DNA of 57,430 bases, from positions 1-57,430 of IMG/VR virus record IMGVR_UViG_3300047557_002126, one strand, 5' to 3'. Within the stretch, counting starts at the first letter, position 1, and the number at the start of each line of letters is the position of its first letter. This stretch comes from a virus (Duplodnaviria > Caudoviricetes). The translations under genes and the position numbers were made by a program. The notes under the pieces are model-generated. The model was not told the DNA's origin, did not search any database, and worked only from the letters and a program-made list of their open reading frames with translations. Below, piece by piece: positions 26,154 through 35,453 of the stretch.

Positions 26154-29100
26154 CAGAAAGAACCAAAGAAAGAATTTGAGAACGGATCAGATAAATCAGA
26201 GCCAGTGCTTTTACCTGCTGTAGGTGAAAGCTTTAAACGAGATTTAAATTCCGCCAAAATATCACCACCTCTTTTAATTTTAACTGGAGAACTCGGTTCT
26301 TCTTCCTCTTCTGTATCTTCATCTGGAAAGAAAGAAAAGTATTTACTCTTAGGTTCAGCTGTTTTACGAGCCGTGGTAGTTGTAGTTTTTTGCGCTGGAG
26401 TTTCTTCTTCTTCTTCTTCGCCAAAAGACATCATGCCTTCTAATTTGCCTAAATCGGAGAAGGGATCTCCAGTTGGCTTAAAGCTATATGTGTCTTTTAA
26501 TGATTTACCACCAAACGCTGTTTGGAATAACCGTCGATCTTCTTCTGTTACATCTGGCATAAATTCACCGTAAAAATCTTCCTCTGTACCCTGGTAACCA
26601 GCTGACTTAAATCTGTTAAACAAAGCATCTTCACTCTTTGCTTCGGCTTCTTCACGTTTATCAGAAGCACGTTGAATGTATTCAACACCCAACAATTCTT
26701 GCGTAGGAGTTTCACCGGCCTGGTTTAACTGTTTAATTTGTTCTCGAATATCTAAAGCAGTACCACTTTTGATACTGTCGGAAATCATTTTCTTTAATTC
26801 GGTAAGATCTTCGGTATTTGGATCCATACCGTAAATCTTTAATACTTTTTCAACCTGTTCTCGATTTTTTACTGGATCTAATTTACTTACAAATTCTTCT
26901 GCAAAATCATCAGGGTTTACAAACTGACCAAACACTGTGCCAATCTGCGCGTATTTATTGGCAAGATAAGGGGTTAAAACTTGTTTTAAATAAATTTCAG
27001 CAATCTTTGGGCTAAATACATCTGGGGCGGAATCATATTGCTTGCCTTGTCCAACAACTTCAAAATGTAATTTGGCAAAATCTTCTTTCTTGTTTACATC
27101 AAGACCATACATATAAGCCTTGGCTTGCCAGTTAATATCGTTACCTTTTTCATTTTTTGTTATTAATCCTTTTTTAGCTGCGTCCCAGGCTGTTTCTACA
27201 TCTTGTTTTTGTTTGACGTACTGATCAGGCAATGCATTGCCCCATTCTTTTTGAAACTGATCACCAAGAAGAACAGGTACGTCTCCAGTGCCGCCAATTC
27301 CTTTTTCAATGTAATAACCAGCTGGATTAAAATAATAATCAGCGTTAAATTTAGAAGGTTGCAGGCTATCTAGTGCCTTCATCCAAGATACGGATGCTGA
27401 TTCAGCAGCACGTTTTAATGTATTCAAGCGATCTTCAGTTTGAAAAATATTCTGCTTATCTCGATCAACGTTAATGTAATCCCTAAATTCACTGATTGAT
27501 TTAGATGCGTTAAAACGAGGAAGCAGGTAATCATTAAAAAAGTCTTGCGCAAATTTTACGTCATCATCAATACGCTTGCCAGGCTCCAAATAATCTTTTG
27601 GTCTCTTGTTATATATTTCTTGTGCCTTTTTCTTTTGCTCAGGAGTTGCAGATGTATTTTGTAGTGTTTGATATGCGTCATCATATTCAGACCACTTAGA
27701 AAGTGTTTCGGAATCAACCCAGCCCATCTCACGGCGTTGAGCTTCATAATCTAACCAAGATTTTTGTGTCTGTTTTCGTTTTTCAACAGGTACATAATCC
27801 TTGGGTAGGCTACCAGGCGAAACTAAATTTTGCGCGGATGTATCACCAGGATTTGTTTTTAATCGCTCGTATGCATCATCATATTTTTTCCAGGATGCAA
27901 TTTGCTCTGGAGTAGCAAAACCATTTTGAATAGTTCGCTGATAACCAGGCACATAATCATCGGGAACATCCAGTCCACCTGCATATTTTTTTTCTATTTG
28001 ATCGTAAAACCAACGTTCCCAGTTATACAAAATTCCGTTGTTACTACCAAAGACTTTTCCGGTATCTAAAGATAGTCCAAGGCTTTTGGTTAAGTCTTCA
28101 GGTTTTTTTCCGCCCATTGCAAGAAGGCCGCCAATGCCAGACTCCTGCATGACAGAATTTGCAATATTTTCTCGTAGTCCAAGAATTTCCTGGCCAAAAG
28201 ATGTGCCACTCAACAAATCAAATTTTTGTTCAAGCTGTTTTGCTTTAATTAATTCACGCCTGGAATCTTCCAGGAATTGTTTCTGCAGTACGGCAGCTTG
28301 CTGTGTAAGTTTAGCTTCTGCTTCACCAGCAACTTTAGTTAAAGCAATATCATATTGAGAGAGTTTTGTATCAACCTTCTGTACCTCTGGATTTTTTTTA
28401 ATATCCCCAAGGAGTGTTTGTATGCCTGAATACTTGCTTGGATCTAATTGGTTGGCCTTTGCTAAAAGCTCTCCAAATCCAGCCTCAGTGCGAATTTCTG
28501 GCTCCGCACCAGTCGCTTCTTTTACAGCATCGTACAATTTTGCCCAGGGTTGTTTAGTTTCTTTTGGAAAACGCTCAGCGTACAAAATCTCTGCTTGAGC
28601 AGTTTCCCATTGATCTTTTATTTTTTGACTGGAATTAACCAACTTTTCATATTGTCCAATAATGTCTTTAAGTTCATATGTTTGCTCAAGTTGAGTACCA
28701 CCAGGGCCGATTGGTTTTTGTATTTGTTTTAAACCAAGAATATCTCCCGCAATTTTGTCGCGTTCAAATTGACGTTGAGCGTCGGTTTTACCAGGTACTG
28801 TCTCTTCAATTTTTGCGTATTTAAATCCGTCGGTTGGCGTTACTGGTTTAAAGCCAGGATCTCGAATTCCTTTTTTTCTTGCTTCGTTTTGACCAATGTT
28901 TGTGTAATGCCATAGTGCATATGATTCGTAGTTGGGAAATTGACCAAGTATATAAAGATCTCCCTTTTTAACCGCGTTATCCCAATTTGTTTTTACAGAT
29001 TTGCCAATATCTGTTTCTTTGTAATAACCAGGGTCAAAGCGTATTGTGTTTTCAAATCCCTCAAAGGGAACTTTTGCGGCGTTTTTTTGATCCCAAAGAG

Positions 29101-29635
29101 ATACAATTTCTGTCTTGTAAAAACTATCAAATTCATTTTTTAATACTTTTCTAACCGTATCATCAGTACCAGTACCATTTAATGTGGACAAAAATTTTTT
29201 ATAGTCATCTGGTTGGCCCGTAATCTTTGCATTGTCTGCAGCTTTTTTTATGGTGTCATATGCTTTGTTGTTTGTGGTTGCAATAGTATTAGCATCTTGA
29301 TTTCTTTTATTGTCTCCCTTGGCACTGATTTGACTTGTTTGTACGCTTTCTATAACTGGATCTTGTTTTACACCCAAAGAAATTAAATAGTTACTTTGAA
29401 ATGTATATCCGGCCTGTCTTAATTTAGATGTGATCTCCTGAAAGGAATCATCTAACCCAAATTTAACAGGCACGTTTTCCTGATAAGCCCTCCAAGTAGT
29501 GCCGCCTTTACCGCCAAAGCCGGAAACATACTTTGTAACTGGAACATTTACTGAAACCTCAGAAAGAATAGGTCTATTTGCATTTTCATACTCAATGTTC
29601 CATTTTTTGTTTTTGGTGTCATATGAAATTCCCAT
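26153..29635 (-). CDS. large putative internal virion/ejection protein, 1160 aa
   Basis: Long ORF in the late region with internal repeats (W..YDDAY..L twice; F(D/N)..YY twice). Function inferred. Confidence 0.7.
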   Translation of the reverse strand: MGISYDTKNKKWNIEYENANRPILSEVSVNVPVTKYVSGFGGKGGTTWRAYQENVPVKFGLDDSFQEITSKLRQAGYTFQSNYLISLGVKQDPVIESVQTSQISAKGDNKRNQDANTIATTNNKAYDTIKKAADNAKITGQPDDYKKFLSTLNGTGTDDTVRKVLKNEFDSFYKTEIVSLWDQKNAAKVPFEGFENTIRFDPGYYKETDIGKSVKTNWDNAVKKGDLYILGQFPNYESYALWHYTNIGQNEARKKGIRDPGFKPVTPTDGFKYAKIEETVPGKTDAQRQFERDKIAGDILGLKQIQKPIGPGGTQLEQTYELKDIIGQYEKLVNSSQKIKDQWETAQAEILYAERFPKETKQPWAKLYDAVKEATGAEPEIRTEAGFGELLAKANQLDPSKYSGIQTLLGDIKKNPEVQKVDTKLSQYDIALTKVAGEAEAKLTQQAAVLQKQFLEDSRRELIKAKQLEQKFDLLSGTSFGQEILGLRENIANSVMQESGIGGLLAMGGKKPEDLTKSLGLSLDTGKVFGSNNGILYNWERWFYDQIEKKYAGGLDVPDDYVPGYQRTIQNGFATPEQIASWKKYDDAYERLKTNPGDTSAQNLVSPGSLPKDYVPVEKRKQTQKSWLDYEAQRREMGWVDSETLSKWSEYDDAYQTLQNTSATPEQKKKAQEIYNKRPKDYLEPGKRIDDDVKFAQDFFNDYLLPRFNASKSISEFRDYINVDRDKQNIFQTEDRLNTLKRAAESASVSWMKALDSLQPSKFNADYYFNPAGYYIEKGIGGTGDVPVLLGDQFQKEWGNALPDQYVKQKQDVETAWDAAKKGLITKNEKGNDINWQAKAYMYGLDVNKKEDFAKLHFEVVGQGKQYDSAPDVFSPKIAEIYLKQVLTPYLANKYAQIGTVFGQFVNPDDFAEEFVSKLDPVKNREQVEKVLKIYGMDPNTEDLTELKKMISDSIKSGTALDIREQIKQLNQAGETPTQELLGVEYIQRASDKREEAEAKSEDALFNRFKSAGYQGTEEDFYGEFMPDVTEEDRRLFQTAFGGKSLKDTYSFKPTGDPFSDLGKLEGMMSFGEEEEEETPAQKTTTTTARKTAEPKSKYFSFFPDEDTEEEEEPSSPVKIKRGGDILAEFKSRLKLSPTAGKSTGSDLSDPFSNSFFGSF

Positions 29636-29636
29636 G

Positions 29637-29999
29637 TCATCCAGCCATTGATAACGTATCTACTTGATAAACAAAAACATTAATCGGTTCTTGTTTAATC
29701 CAAGCATTAATTCTATCCATCTTAGCCTGACAAAAAAACTCTTGATGTTCAAACCACTCTTGAACCTTGCTACTGGCTTTAGATGTATTACATCTTCTGC
29801 ATGCCGGTACTAAATTATTTCTGTTGCTAGACCCAGAACGAAACCTTGGTACAATGTGATCCAGTGATGTGGCATCAGCTTCGCAGTAAGCGCACTTGTA
29901 ATCCCAGGCTTCGTAAATTGACTGTCTATAACGTTTCTTGGCAAGTTTAGGTGTTAGTTCAATAAGCAGGGCGAGAGGCTCTTGCTCACTGTTGAACAT
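29637..29999 (-). CDS. HNH endonuclease (McrA/HNH_5 type)
   Basis: CAYC....SLDHIVP...G.....NLV.ACRRCN..K. Confidence 0.9.
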   Translation of the reverse strand: MFNSEQEPLALLIELTPKLAKKRYRQSIYEAWDYKCAYCEADATSLDHIVPRFRSGSSNRNNLVPACRRCNTSKASSKVQEWFEHQEFFCQAKMDRINAWIKQEPINVFVYQVDTLSMAG

Positions 30000-30135
30000 A
30001 CTCTTTAATTGCCGTTATCTTATTTTAATTTGACCTAGCCATTTACCCCAAAAGAAAACAATATTACAGTTTGTTTACAATCATTGCATCTCTCTTGAGA
30101 CTCGATACGTTATAGGTGTAGGCCATTCAAGATTT

Positions 30136-30342
30136 ATGGCGTCCAGAGCAATGTGGGTTTCAGCCCAAAAAGCCGAAGAGATTCTTGGCATTGACAAGAA
30201 GACCCTCTTCAAGTACCGAGATGACGGCACTCTGAAGCTTGGTCCCCACTACGCTGCCTTTCCAGAGACTCGCTCCAGGGACAGCTACAGGTGGAACGTA
30301 AAAGCAGTGAAGAAACACCTGGATAAAATCAACGCCAATTAA
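30136..30342 (+). CDS. small HTH DNA-binding protein
   Basis: WVSAQKAEEILGIDKKTLFKYR...G.HY. Confidence 0.75.
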   Translation: MASRAMWVSAQKAEEILGIDKKTLFKYRDDGTLKLGPHYAAFPETRSRDSYRWNVKAVKKHLDKINAN

Positions 30343-30351
30343 ATTAGATGG

Positions 30352-30373
30352 GCCGGGGGAAACCCCGGCTTTT
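30352..30373 (+). terminator. intrinsic terminator between convergent genes
   Basis: GCCGGGG-GAAA-CCCCGGC followed by TTTT. Confidence 0.8.
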
Positions 30374-31937
30374 ATATTGAAGGTTTACCATCCAAACTTG
30401 GGACATATTCAATTCCATTTTTGTCAATCATTACAAAATTTTCCATGACAATAAGATTGGAAGGAATATTAAATAACTTCTGCATCATCGGCATCATCAT
30501 TGGCGATTGACAGTTATACGGAGGAACATCCATTCGAGACAAAGATCTACGAGCCAAGCGTGAAGCACTTGATTCAAGCTGTTCAGATTCTGTTTCATCT
30601 ACAATCTTTTGTTCCCAAGCAGCCATTGAACCAATACCCACAGGGAAATCAGATGGCTCTGGAGGGAAAGTGCCGTCTTTAAACTTAAGGGCATAAATGT
30701 GTTTGCAATAACGGAACTCATCTAGCAATGGCGTCCAGTTATCACTGATTTGTGTAATTTTTCCGTTGGCAGAACTGTAATCGTCATAGCCCGGCATGCT
30801 TTCTGCTGTTGATCCAGGTATTGATGGATCTGCTGGCGCACTTGTTTTGCGTAAATAAATTGCACCAAAATCCCTAAACACTCCAGGGTTGTCACGATTA
30901 ACATTCTCCCCCTCTTGAACGGAGCCGCCCTGACCCAGAGACACAGGAAAACCTGAAGGTGCGTACACAGTCATCCTTCGATTAACCTTAGCGCTTGTCA
31001 TTGCACTGTTATCTACAACACCACTAAGGGTCATAATTTCGTTTCGACCGGGTTTAATATTGGCAATGCTTGTTCGGGGAAACTGCTTACTGGTTGTATC
31101 ACCATTTGACTGAATAAACGCATAATCGCGGCGCGTAAAATCTTGGCACGAACAGCAAAAACGCGCACCTGTAATTAAAAACCTTCCAGGTGTAAATCCA
31201 ATTGGAGAAGGTGTAAGTAGTTCTTTGTCTGGCGATACGTATACGGAACCTGCCTTGCGGAATTTAAGTATTCCCGTTAACGATCCAGTATTTACCAAGA
31301 CTGCCTGTACGTATCCATATCGCGTTTGGGTTGCAGGATTAATTGTGTCAGCGTTAATAATTTCACCACCTTCAACAATTACCCTATCTTCCATAATCTC
31401 GGTAGTAATTGGCGTAATACCAAACGGACCACCCCCTAATCTCACAAAAAACGGTGGAGGAAGCGGGTTGCTTGGCCCCCAAGAACCAGCAAGTTTAACG
31501 TACCAGTAATCCTTGTCTTCCGTGACTGATTCAATAAATAATTTCTGCGAAGAAACTGGATCAGTTAATTTGTCGCAACGTAGGGAGCCTGCATAACGCC
31601 ATCCGGCCCAATGCATCCCAAGCTCTTTGTTCTTAGTTGGGAAGCCTACAAATGCGCCAGATACTGTTGGTTGTGGGTTGGCAACTGAACTAGGTGTGCT
31701 GCCAGGTACTGGAATAGTGTATTTAAAGGGATATTGAAAGTCGTTGTCATAAAACGTTGCATTGGCAAGTTCATATCCTCTTCTCCAGCGGGTCCAGGCA
31801 GATTCACGGTTTGCAGCCGCAAGTGAATCCGGGACGCTTCCCTTGGAGAATTCTGTTGTAATAGGTTGGACAACCTTCGGTAAAAAAGGCTGTGAGGCCT
31901 GGAAATTACCAAAGCTATTTCCAGATTTTTTTGCCAT
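30372..31937 (-). CDS. SWIM-type Zn-finger-containing protein
   Basis: CSCQDF and CKHIYAL half-motifs. Confidence 0.7.
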   Translation of the reverse strand: MAKKSGNSFGNFQASQPFLPKVVQPITTEFSKGSVPDSLAAANRESAWTRWRRGYELANATFYDNDFQYPFKYTIPVPGSTPSSVANPQPTVSGAFVGFPTKNKELGMHWAGWRYAGSLRCDKLTDPVSSQKLFIESVTEDKDYWYVKLAGSWGPSNPLPPPFFVRLGGGPFGITPITTEIMEDRVIVEGGEIINADTINPATQTRYGYVQAVLVNTGSLTGILKFRKAGSVYVSPDKELLTPSPIGFTPGRFLITGARFCCSCQDFTRRDYAFIQSNGDTTSKQFPRTSIANIKPGRNEIMTLSGVVDNSAMTSAKVNRRMTVYAPSGFPVSLGQGGSVQEGENVNRDNPGVFRDFGAIYLRKTSAPADPSIPGSTAESMPGYDDYSSANGKITQISDNWTPLLDEFRYCKHIYALKFKDGTFPPEPSDFPVGIGSMAAWEQKIVDETESEQLESSASRLARRSLSRMDVPPYNCQSPMMMPMMQKLFNIPSNLIVMENFVMIDKNGIEYVPSLDGKPSI

Positions 31938-31940
31938 TCG

Positions 31941-32726
31941 TTAGAAGAATCCGCCTTGCGCAATCACATGTGCGCCAGGGATATAGCCAGAAGAGTTGGG
32001 GCCGTCAGGGAACACACCCACATAAATGCGATCGCCACGCTCCAGGTAAATGCCTTTGTTGCGTAAAGGAGCCGTCTCGCCAAGACCAGTGGTGTTGCCT
32101 GCGTTAACAACAGGAACGGCAAGCTGAGGCATCACATCAGAACAGTCAATTGTCTGCGTACCAGCTGGAACAGTCTTGGCAAACAGGACTCGATAGTCAC
32201 CGGAACCAGGGATCGGAATCGTGGTGCCACGGGTGTGGTAAAACACAAATGTCACAGCCTGCTGGTAGCCGTAAGCAACGCCGTTATACAGGAAGCCAGA
32301 GGCAATACCGCCGGAGTAGTTAAGTGCTGTGTTGACGCCTGTAAGGGTGCCAGAGCCAGTGTAGGTGTAATAACCGTAGCCGCTGAAGGGAGCGCCACCA
32401 CCGGTCAGAGAACCTGTTGCTGTGATTAAAACAACCTGACCACTGACCAAAGAAATGGGCGTACCAGATGTCGAGGCGTTAACTGTGTAATCGGGATCCC
32501 GATAAAAATCGTTGCGAGTAATTGTAATTGAATCAATAAGTCCACCGTTATTATTATCTTCACTCAACGTGGCATCCATGTCCACCAGGATGGATGGAGC
32601 CTGACCACCTTGCACAAATAAAGTATTAGTTGCTGCACTTCCAACGGTTTGAGTTGTTACACGAACCGTATCAAATAACGGACGGTCAATAAGCAGGGGC
32701 TGCTTGTTGGTACTAGTAGATGCCAA
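31941..32726 (-). CDS. virion structural protein
   Basis: MASTSTNKQPLLIDRP start, beta-rich, C-terminal AQGGFF; late region. Confidence 0.7.
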   Translation of the reverse strand: MASTSTNKQPLLIDRPLFDTVRVTTQTVGSAATNTLFVQGGQAPSILVDMDATLSEDNNNGGLIDSITITRNDFYRDPDYTVNASTSGTPISLVSGQVVLITATGSLTGGGAPFSGYGYYTYTGSGTLTGVNTALNYSGGIASGFLYNGVAYGYQQAVTFVFYHTRGTTIPIPGSGDYRVLFAKTVPAGTQTIDCSDVMPQLAVPVVNAGNTTGLGETAPLRNKGIYLERGDRIYVGVFPDGPNSSGYIPGAHVIAQGGFF

Positions 32727-32798
32727 ATTAACCTCCTTTAGCTACAGCCTTTACTGCAAAATCTAATTCTTGCCAATATTCTAACGAATAACTCTGCT

Positions 32799-33089
32799 TT
32801 ACGCAAAACCACCAAGAGGACCAAATGGTGTATTGGGCATCTTCATTGCAGAACGAGCAAGTAAGTCAGGGTCTTGCTGCAACGCCAGAAAACGTTCAAA
32901 CGATTCTGAACGTGGTGCATTACTTACAGAAGATGTCAACCGATTAAAGTCATCAACTTTATACAACTTGGCAAGGCGATATTGCATTTCTTTGCTGGGG
33001 TCGGGTTTGTTGCTCCGACCACCAGACAAATAACTGTTGTATTCACCAGGGAGCGAATCGCCCGACTCAAGATAATTTTGTCGGTTCAT
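32799..33089 (-). CDS. hypothetical protein
   Basis: ORF track; ATGA coupling. Confidence 0.65.
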   Translation of the reverse strand: MNRQNYLESGDSLPGEYNSYLSGGRSNKPDPSKEMQYRLAKLYKVDDFNRLTSSVSNAPRSESFERFLALQQDPDLLARSAMKMPNTPFGPLGGFA

Positions 33090-33748
33090 TGCAAAATACC
33101 CCCTGGCATTAGATTTGTAATTAAACCACCTGGCATCATGTTGCTAAGAACTTGAGCCTTAAATGCATTAAGCAAACTGCCAGACACGCTTTGGGCTTGC
33201 TCTTCCGCATCTTTAGGTTGAATTTCCAAGCCTGCATTGCGCAGTGTGTCTAGAACACTTGGCATCTCTCCAGGGAGTGCTGGGCGTGAAAAATCAATAC
33301 CTTGATCAAGCTGGCCGACCTTCCCGTAATAATCACGGGCAGCTTTCATACGCACTTCATCTTTTGGGATCCCAGCACGTTCAAAATCACGGCGGAATAC
33401 CAAAGCAGCTTGCTCAGGAGATTGTGCTTTACGCAAGGATGCGGCAGCACGGCTCTCTGGTCCTTGTAGTTCATATACAAGGAAATCTGCTTGAAGCTCA
33501 GGATCACCTGGGTCCTTTTTGCGTTGCTTTGCAAAATTAACCAAAGCACTCTGTCGGCCACCCGTCCATTGGGCAAGGCCATAGCCGCCACGGCCCATTG
33601 GACCACCCACCTTGCCACCTTCGTTGACACGCGGATTAAAACCAGATTCCTGAGCAAAATTTCCAAGTACGCCAGCAATCTGGGCATTGGAAAAACCTTG
33701 TTGTTTTAATCGTCTTGCGACAACAGCGGCGGCGGGATTTAATGACAT
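33086..33748 (-). CDS. phage tail lysozyme (Phage_lysozyme2-like)
   Basis: AG..GN..QESG.NP, G.GLAQWT..R, Q..F...EL and F...FER motifs; AAGGAG SD. Confidence 0.88.
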   Translation of the reverse strand: MSLNPAAAVVARRLKQQGFSNAQIAGVLGNFAQESGFNPRVNEGGKVGGPMGRGGYGLAQWTGGRQSALVNFAKQRKKDPGDPELQADFLVYELQGPESRAAASLRKAQSPEQAALVFRRDFERAGIPKDEVRMKAARDYYGKVGQLDQGIDFSRPALPGEMPSVLDTLRNAGLEIQPKDAEEQAQSVSGSLLNAFKAQVLSNMMPGGLITNLMPGGILQ

Positions 33749-33761
33749 TCTCGGCTTCTCC

Positions 33762-33878
33762 TTAATCTCCTACCCAGTTTGAACTTGCTCTGAGACCAGG
33801 AATAAAAACTGTTTGCAGAACCAAGGCGGTTGCAAGATGGGTCAAAGAACGCTTAACAAGTCTGGGACAAAGAATCAT
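33762..33878 (-). CDS. 38-aa signal-peptide-like micro-ORF MILCPRLVKRSLTHLATALVLQTVFIPGLRASSNWVGD
   Basis: Translated by hand; n/h/c signal-peptide architecture. Confidence 0.6.
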   Translation of the reverse strand: MILCPRLVKRSLTHLATALVLQTVFIPGLRASSNWVGD

Positions 33879-33881
33879 TGG

Positions 33882-33965
33882 ATTAAAGCAACAACACTGG
33901 CCCCCGTGAATCTATGATTCGTGTCCAGCAGGCTGGGCTTACATGCAAAGCAATGCCAGGTGTTT
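33882..33965 (-). ncRNA. candidate structured cis-regulatory leader RNA
   Basis: Closing stem AACAC(C)TGGC/GCCAGTGTT encloses the hairpins CCAG-CCTG-CTGG and GAATC-ATA-GATTC. Confidence 0.45.
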
Positions 33966-33969
33966 TATT

Positions 33970-34953
33970 TTACTTGTTCTTAGCCTGACCTAAAAGTTGA
34001 CGCTGGTATGCTTCAATCATTTCAGGTGTTAAATTCTCATCAGAGAAATTAAGAAACGGAGCGCCTTCGCCGCCAACAAACGTTGGGCTAGCAGGATTTA
34101 ACGCTTGATCAACTTGAGGAGTTAAAGGTGTCGGGCCAAGGGTAGGTTCACCCATTGTCGTCGAGCCGCCTCCTGTTTGATAACCAAATGTCCGTTGCAT
34201 TAACGGATTAAAAGAAGGGGCTGGCATTTGACCGGTCTGCTTCTGGATTACATCAAACCCGGATTGACCAGGTTGAACTTTTGCTGCAAGTTTAGGATTA
34301 GCCTTGGCCCACATGGCCATACCAATATCTTCAGCCGACTGGACTTGCTCTGGAGTGGCGCCAGGTGCTGCTGCAAGTCGACGAGCAGCCTCATAACGTT
34401 GTAATTCAGGATCTTGTGCAGTCAGCTGAGCAACACGAGATTTCTCTTGTTGATAAGCGCGTTCTGCAGGATTGCGTCCCTCAGTGCCTGCAAACGAAGT
34501 TTCTGCGGGAATATAGCTAGCCATGTTCCCGCCACCAATGCCACCGCCTGCAGTCGGGCCAGTAGCTGCGCGAGCGGCTGCAGATAAACGCAATTCATCT
34601 CCACGGTAATTAGGAGGTAAATTGCCAACACGCGGTGAAGTATAGGGAATCTGCCCTTGCATTAACTGACCAGCTGCATATTGCAGCTCATTTATTGGTC
34701 CGCGAGCAATATTTAAAACATCTGCAGCGTTACGTTGTTTTTGTTCTTGATAGCCAGGGATGGAATAAACAAGACTGGCTAATCCTGCTCCAAGATTTCC
34801 TCCCCTTGGTGCCAATGCACCTCCCCGCGTTGATAAGGAGCCAGCCCGAGTAACGGCTCCCGCAGCAGGAGGTAATGCTCTGGTATTTGTTACGTCACGT
34901 ACTTGAACAGGACGTACACCACCGCGACCAAATAACGAATTAAACCAAGACAT
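33970..34953 (-). CDS. putative internal virion protein
   Basis: G/A/P/Q-rich ORF, TAATG-coupled to the upstream gene. Confidence 0.7.
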   Translation of the reverse strand: MSWFNSLFGRGGVRPVQVRDVTNTRALPPAAGAVTRAGSLSTRGGALAPRGGNLGAGLASLVYSIPGYQEQKQRNAADVLNIARGPINELQYAAGQLMQGQIPYTSPRVGNLPPNYRGDELRLSAAARAATGPTAGGGIGGGNMASYIPAETSFAGTEGRNPAERAYQQEKSRVAQLTAQDPELQRYEAARRLAAAPGATPEQVQSAEDIGMAMWAKANPKLAAKVQPGQSGFDVIQKQTGQMPAPSFNPLMQRTFGYQTGGGSTTMGEPTLGPTPLTPQVDQALNPASPTFVGGEGAPFLNFSDENLTPEMIEAYQRQLLGQAKNK

Positions 34954-35414
34954 TACCGCCAAACCTCATGTAAATAAATGCGGGTGCCAACACCTACGTC
35001 AGCTGGACCAGGGAGGGCCTGGATAAACTCAGCGCCAGAGCGCTCAAAGCGATACCGAGCCTGGAACGGATCTTTGTAGTTGGGAACATAAAGAATATTG
35101 GCAAGTCGATTTGTCTCATAGAGATAAATCTCATCCCAAACCTTTAAAGCTTCTTTGGCATTGCTGGAACGGATCGTACGATCAACGTCACCAACAATGT
35201 TCTCGATCCGTGTCGAGGGGGAAGATGCAACCTCTGTCTTTTTCTCGGCAGTATCGCAGCGCCCAACCTGGATAATAATTTTGTCGTAGAAGTACGAATC
35301 TGGGACCGTATTCATCGCTTCTTCCAGACGGGCATAGTCACCCGCTGGAACAGAAACGGTAAAGTATCCCAAATGATACCTAACCCTACTTTTGTCGAAG
35401 TCAGATAACTGCAC
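34953..35414 (-). CDS. putative head-tail adaptor/neck protein
   Basis: L...DK..VRYHLG start; position downstream of the capsid operon. Inferred. Confidence 0.55.
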   Translation of the reverse strand: MQLSDFDKSRVRYHLGYFTVSVPAGDYARLEEAMNTVPDSYFYDKIIIQVGRCDTAEKKTEVASSPSTRIENIVGDVDRTIRSSNAKEALKVWDEIYLYETNRLANILYVPNYKDPFQARYRFERSGAEFIQALPGPADVGVGTRIYLHEVWR

Positions 35415-35453
35415 TTATACGACCCAGGATATTTTTATTATAAAAGCAGCAAA

